From Candidatus Poribacteria bacterium (GTDB taxonomy: Bacteria > Poribacteria > WGA-4E > WGA-3G): DNA of 64,000 nucleotides. How positions within the stretch are numbered: position 1 is the stretch's first letter; every line of letters starts with the position of its first letter. Both the position numbers and the translations under genes were made by a program. Below the pieces are notes generated by a model. The model was not told the origin of the DNA, did no database searches, and saw only the letters and a list, made by a program, of their open reading frames with translations. The stretch is taken from positions 672,001-736,000 of the forward strand of contig CAXXUA010000013.1 in the NCBI GenBank assembly GCA_963663765.2. The letters run 5' to 3'. Shown piece by piece: positions 59,206 through 64,000 of this stretch.

Positions 59206-59359
59206 TACCATTTTCATGTGATAATGTCTCATTAGCAGCGGAAATCTGGTAGGAGCGACCTCACGGTCGCGACCGGGAGGTCGCTCCTACCGAAGAGAGT
59301 AACCCCCTGCCAGTAAACAGTTGAATTCCTTAATGAGACAAGATTTATTTGAATTGGTA
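59206..59359. mobile_element. Nested MITE (TACC..GGTA ends; inner TGTCTCATTA/TAATGAGACA element with REP)
   Basis: TTA TSD at 59203-59205 and 59360-59362. Confidence 0.75.
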
Positions 59360-59364
59360 TTATA

Positions 59365-59892
59365 TTGAAACGTCTTGAAAAAACTGCAAAACAATATACC
59401 AATATTGCGCCTGAAAACGGGCAATTTCTATCCATTCTCGTCCGTTCAATTCAAGCACAACATGTTCTTGAAGTCGGCACTAGCAACGGATATTCTTCGA
59501 TTTGGATTGCTTCGGCATTGAAACAGACAGGTGGACATCTGATTACATTAGAGTATGATCGTAAACGTGCAGCAGAAGCACAAGCACATCTCAATGAAAC
59601 AAGTTTTTCTGACATTGTAGAGATACGAGTTGGAAATGCAATTGGCGAAATCCCAAAGTGTGAAACTACTTTTGATCTGGTGTTTCTTGATGCAGAGAAG
59701 AGCGAATATTTGCGTGATCTTGAGTTGGTGTTACCGAAGATCCGCTCAGGGGGTTTGGTTGTAGCAGATGACACCGTGACGATGCGTGATGAAATGCTGG
59801 ATTATGTGGACTTTGTTTTCAACACGCCACTGCTAAATTCTGTTGACATTCCGTTGGATGATGGTATAATTCTAAGTTATAAAACTGATTAG
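59365..59892 (+). CDS. O-methyltransferase (5' end interrupted; original ATG 59187)
   Basis: LEVGTSNGYS, FDLVFLDAEK, GGLVVADD. Confidence 0.85.
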   Translation: MKRLEKTAKQYTNIAPENGQFLSILVRSIQAQHVLEVGTSNGYSSIWIASALKQTGGHLITLEYDRKRAAEAQAHLNETSFSDIVEIRVGNAIGEIPKCETTFDLVFLDAEKSEYLRDLELVLPKIRSGGLVVADDTVTMRDEMLDYVDFVFNTPLLNSVDIPLDDGIILSYKTD

Positions 59893-59933
59893 AAAATTTG
59901 CTAATTTCACATAAATGCAATTAGAGGACATTT

Positions 59934-61130
59934 ATTATTTCACTTCAATCCAAAATCTCAAATAAGTCCACCCGTTTCACCGAATCTGTTATACGCGGTA
60001 TGACGCAAATGTGTTTGCGTTACAATGCGATAAACCTGTCACAAGGAACACCAGCATACCAACCCCCAGATGAGGTAAAAGCAGCAGCGATCAAAGCGAT
60101 TCAAGAGGGATACAATCAGTATAGCATAACGTGGGGTGCACCCGAGTTTCGTGAAGCAATCGCTGACAAAATGAACACTTTTAACGGAATTTCTACTGAT
60201 GCTGTCAAGAACGTCACGGTGACTTGTGGTTCAACGGAAGGCATGTTATCCGCACTGCTTGCGATAATCAATCCAGGGGACGAGGTTATCATCTTTGAAC
60301 CCTTTTATGAAAACTACGGACCGGATACAATTATCTCAGGAGCAAAACCTGTATACGTAGCACTTCAAGAGACACCAACTGATGATGGTAACATGAGGTT
60401 TACTTATGACCGGAATGAGTTAAAGGATGCGTTTTCTTCTAATACGAAAGCGATTATCTTGAACACACCCAATAATCCACTTGGGAAGGTTTTTACGCAA
60501 GACGAACTTCATGAGATTTCCGAGCTTTGCATTGCGTATGACTGCATCGCTGTTACAGATGAGATATATGAACACATGATTTATGACGGTATACCGCATA
60601 TTAGTATTGGGTCTCTGGAGCAAATGCGTGATAGAACAATTACGGTGTCAGGACTGAGCAAGACTTATTCCATGACTGGATGGCGTTTAGGATATGTCGT
60701 TGCACCAAAGGTTTTGACAGATGCCATCCGCAAAATGCATGATTTCCTAACGGTAGGAGCACCGCATCCGCTGCAACGAGCAGGGGTTGCTGCCCTCAAC
60801 CTTCCACAACAATACTATACAGACTTGATTGAAAAATATGACACTAATCGGCAAAAACTTGTCCAGATACTTACAAATGCGGGATTCCGATGCCATCCAC
60901 CTGAAGGTGCATACTATATTATGACCGACATCTCAGATTTCGGGTTTGAAGATGACACTGCATTTGGTCACTGGTTAGTCAAGGAAATTGGTGTCGGTGG
61001 GGTACCCGGGTCCAGTTTCTACAGTCGTTCGGAACTTGGTCGAACTAAGTTCCGTTTTATGTTCAGCATGGCTGATGATGTCTTAGATGAAGCCGGTGAA
61101 CGGTTGATGAAAATAAGATCGAAAATATAA
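59934..61130 (+). CDS. Class I/II PLP aminotransferase
   Basis: FTESVIR, INLSQG, NTPNNPLG, DEIY, SKTYSMTGWRLG; the frame extends upstream of ATG 60000 to ATT codons. Confidence 0.88.
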   Translation: MISLQSKISNKSTRFTESVIRGMTQMCLRYNAINLSQGTPAYQPPDEVKAAAIKAIQEGYNQYSITWGAPEFREAIADKMNTFNGISTDAVKNVTVTCGSTEGMLSALLAIINPGDEVIIFEPFYENYGPDTIISGAKPVYVALQETPTDDGNMRFTYDRNELKDAFSSNTKAIILNTPNNPLGKVFTQDELHEISELCIAYDCIAVTDEIYEHMIYDGIPHISIGSLEQMRDRTITVSGLSKTYSMTGWRLGYVVAPKVLTDAIRKMHDFLTVGAPHPLQRAGVAALNLPQQYYTDLIEKYDTNRQKLVQILTNAGFRCHPPEGAYYIMTDISDFGFEDDTAFGHWLVKEIGVGGVPGSSFYSRSELGRTKFRFMFSMADDVLDEAGERLMKIRSKI

Positions 61131-61173
61131 GCAAAAGTAAAAAAACTTAATCAAAACTATTGATGAGGAATCT

Positions 61174-61380
61174 ATGGACACTATCCTTGAAAATGAAACC
61201 CGTGAAATCTATAAAGCAGAAATCATGACACTAATTCAGCAGGATGAAAAGTATATCACCCTTGGTCCTGAAGAACTTGATGCAATTGTCAACGCATTTG
61301 ATTTTACTTTGGCAAACGGACGCGAGAAGGTAAGAGCGCAAATGCTATACGATCTCATTCAAGAGAAAAGCGATGAATAG
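61174..61380 (+). CDS. Small acidic hypothetical protein
   Basis: GAGGA RBS; 2 nt from the next gene. Confidence 0.6.
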   Translation: MDTILENETREIYKAEIMTLIQQDEKYITLGPEELDAIVNAFDFTLANGREKVRAQMLYDLIQEKSDE

Positions 61381-61382
61381 TT

Positions 61383-63263
61383 ATGCGATTAGAACGGATT
61401 CGCCTAAAGACATTCGGTTGTTTCAAACAGCAAGATTTTGAGCTGACTGACGGCATCAATCTCATTTTTGGCCCCAATTTCAGCGGAAAAAGTACACTTG
61501 TCAACGCTATTTTTTTCACATTAACAGGAAAACCGATAGTGCCGCGGGTGGATGCTGCATCAATTAAAAGCACAAGGTCAAATAGTGGTACAGCTGGACT
61601 CCAGTTCATCGTAGATGATGAACGATACATGCTGTTTCGTGGGACACGTAAACAGTTCCAACTCCGTCAAGAAAAAGAGGGACAGTGGCACATCGTTTTT
61701 GATGATACCCGTATCACAGTCGTTGAGAAAACTTTGAAAGAACGATTCGGACTATCACATGATCGCTTAGCATTGACAACGTTTCTTCGCGAAGGAGAGA
61801 TATTTGAGTTCCTTGCACGTCAACCGGCAACACGTCGCGATATCCTCTATGCACTACTCGGTATTGATAGATTGATTGATGTTAGGGAACGATTCATAGA
61901 TGCGCGCCGACTCGCAAAACGTGAAAGGAATCGGATTCAGTCACATCAAAATAGCCTACGTTTCGGTGCACAGAATACAAACAATACAGATATTGAAAAA
62001 ATAGAGGCAAAGATAAAGGAATTAGAGACGATTTATAGTGCTGAAACTGGTGACGCAGAATTGATTTCTGAATGGATGCGAAACTACAAACAAGCACAGA
62101 CACAGTTGGAAACACTTACCAAAGAACAGAAAGAAACGTTGAGCGGATTTAACGACATTACACATCTACGTGAAATGTTCTCTACCATTGAAAAGGCAGT
62201 TCAGGAAGCTACAGGATTGGAAGCAGAACGGGATGAACTTGTCAGTAAAGTTGGAAGTCTCAATACGCAAGTTAGCGCATTAACGAATGTCAGCAAAGCA
62301 CTTGAGACGTTAATTGAGAGTGAAGATAGACACTGCCCCACATGTCATCAGGAAGTTGAACGTGAAGTTGTTGAGAAGATCATTGAAGATAAGGATGCCG
62401 AAAAAGAAGAACTCACAACTGAATTAAAGAACCAGAAAAAAGCACTCAAGGAAATTACCGATAGTCTAAAAAGTAGAAAAGAATTGGAGCAACGACTACA
62501 GATTTTGCAGTCAAATCTGGCTCGATTTGAACAACTTGATGGAGAAATCAAAAAAACCAACGAAGAGATAATATCACTGACTCAACGCTTAAGTGAGAAA
62601 GGCGTACTGGTTGATCCAGAAACGGCAGACGCTACTTCACAATCTGTGGAATCTGTTACTGCGAATTTGGATAAGAGTCAAGTGAAAGCACAAATTGAAA
62701 GTGAACGAAAAAAACTTGACAGCCTTAAGCAAAAAGAGGCAGTAAAGTTGGATAGACTCAATCAACTTCAGAAGGTTAATACGGAAGCGGAACAGGTGGA
62801 AAAAACAACACTCTGTTTAGAACTCGCTTGTGCAGGTGTTGAAAAGACTATTGATGCGCTGCAACGACAAATCCTTAAACCCGCAGAAAATGAACTCCAA
62901 CGATGGCTTGAAAAAATGAACCTTTTTGCACATACAAGTATTGATTTACAAAGACAACATCTACTTCCATCCCTTAAGATTGACGGAGAAGATCGGAGTT
63001 TGCTATTGCTTAGTGGTAGCGAAAAAATGTTCCTCTATTTGTGTTTTAAGGTTACACTTGCGAAGTTATTAGGCAACACGGGTTTCTTTGTTTTTGATGA
63101 TCCTACACTGCATTTAGATGATGAACGGAAGGCAATAATGGTGGATTTTATTAAGCAGTTGTCAACGGAACATCAGGTTATTGTGACGACTTATGATGAG
63201 GATGTCCGTGCTGGATTGAAAGGTGCGAACTTGATTGAAATGAAGCGGGATGTGCAGGAATAG
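61383..63263 (+). CDS. SbcC/Rad50-like SMC ATPase
   Basis: GPNFSGKST, coiled coils, CPTC zinc hook, LSGSE, FDDP, HLD. Confidence 0.85.
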   Translation: MRLERIRLKTFGCFKQQDFELTDGINLIFGPNFSGKSTLVNAIFFTLTGKPIVPRVDAASIKSTRSNSGTAGLQFIVDDERYMLFRGTRKQFQLRQEKEGQWHIVFDDTRITVVEKTLKERFGLSHDRLALTTFLREGEIFEFLARQPATRRDILYALLGIDRLIDVRERFIDARRLAKRERNRIQSHQNSLRFGAQNTNNTDIEKIEAKIKELETIYSAETGDAELISEWMRNYKQAQTQLETLTKEQKETLSGFNDITHLREMFSTIEKAVQEATGLEAERDELVSKVGSLNTQVSALTNVSKALETLIESEDRHCPTCHQEVEREVVEKIIEDKDAEKEELTTELKNQKKALKEITDSLKSRKELEQRLQILQSNLARFEQLDGEIKKTNEEIISLTQRLSEKGVLVDPETADATSQSVESVTANLDKSQVKAQIESERKKLDSLKQKEAVKLDRLNQLQKVNTEAEQVEKTTLCLELACAGVEKTIDALQRQILKPAENELQRWLEKMNLFAHTSIDLQRQHLLPSLKIDGEDRSLLLLSGSEKMFLYLCFKVTLAKLLGNTGFFVFDDPTLHLDDERKAIMVDFIKQLSTEHQVIVTTYDEDVRAGLKGANLIEMKRDVQE

Positions 63264-63395
63264 CACTTTGATGTGCTTGTTACTCTTGTAGTTCTATTTT
63301 ATGTGCGCAATACACTAAACTTACAATACAAAAATCTATTTGTGAACAATATTATAACAGAACAGATGCTACATATCAAATCCTCTTTTCGCAAC

Positions 63396-64000
63396 CTATG
63401 GTTGCAAACCGAGTTTTTGATATGATTCAGCAGTAGGGAAAATCTTACCTGGATTACAGAGACCTGTTGGATTGAAAATGTCCTTGACACTTGCCATCAC
63501 CTGCAAATCTACGGGACTAAAGATAAGTGGCATGTAATCCATCTTTTCTATACCGATTCCGTGTTCACCCGTGATGGTACCCCCGACTTCAGCACACACC
63601 GTCAGAATTTCTTTGTTGACATGTTCCACACGTTCACTCTGGTCAGCATCGCGTTCGTCAAAAAGGACAATCGGATGGATGTTTCCATCACCAGCATGGA
63701 ACACATTTGCTATCGCAATCTGATAATGTTCTGAGATTTCTGCAATACGTCTCAGCACTTTTGGTAAGGTCGTGCGCGGCACAACGCCATCCTGCGTGAT
63801 ATAATTCGGTGCAAGCCTTCCAAATGAACCAAAAGCACTTTTGCGAGCTTTCCAAAGTTCTTGACGTTCAGCATCATCTTTAGCGTAATTGACTTCCCGA
63901 GCGTTGTGTTGCTTGAATATCTCCAAAATCTTGTCAGTCTGATTTTGCATACCTGCTTCAATGCCATCAAGTTCCACGATAAGAATCGCTTCCGCATCCA
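63396..64000 (-). CDS. FAD-linked oxidase (GlcD-like), 3' part
   Basis: DGVVPR, HAGDGNIHP, GEHGIG, NPGKIFP. Confidence 0.88.
   Translation of the reverse strand, partial: DAEAILIVELDGIEAGMQNQTDKILEIFKQHNAREVNYAKDDAERQELWKARKSAFGSFGRLAPNYITQDGVVPRTTLPKVLRRIAEISEHYQIAIANVFHAGDGNIHPIVLFDERDADQSERVEHVNKEILTVCAEVGGTITGEHGIGIEKMDYMPLIFSPVDLQVMASVKDIFNPTGLCNPGKIFPTAESYQKLGLQP

Noticed and set aside
21455-59359. CRISPR array among the hairpin repeats
   Set aside because: No regularly spaced repeat-spacer units and no cas genes; the repeats are dispersed REP/MITE types.
612-63997. Numerous short antisense or overlapping ORFs in the ORF track
   Set aside because: They are shadows of well-supported genes or ORFs running through repeats, with no RBS or recognisable motifs.

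Overview
This is a 64-kb bacterial window. The LamG protein ending KLATSWGLIK, the orphan BMC vertex gene and the dense REP/MITE landscape suggest Ca. Poribacteria (inference). Housekeeping and metabolic blocks (alr, pduO, comEA, thiO, cysM, infA, pckG, BamA/TamA, SbcC-like, GlcD-like) are interrupted by three accessory regions. (1) 1-11 kb is a defence cluster: a nuclease-STAND NTPase (Avs-like) coupled to a HEPN gene, a run of TIR paralogs, and an IS1634 nested inside an IS701. (2) 23.5-28 kb holds duplicated VOC genes enclosing an FRG fragment, a type III mod 3' tail, a DUF3800 gene with a convergent structured ncRNA, and a tnpB element. (3) 43.5-57.3 kb is an island bounded by DUF433 gene starts. 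It carries TA modules, a second tnpB, a type IIG R-M gene, a DdrO/IrrE-like pair divergent from an OLD-type ATPase-TOPRIM gene, and two extra in-frame copies of the R-M gene's last ~37-39 codons that delimit cargo cassettes. No CRISPR array, tRNA or rRNA was seen. All family calls come from motif recognition, not database searches.
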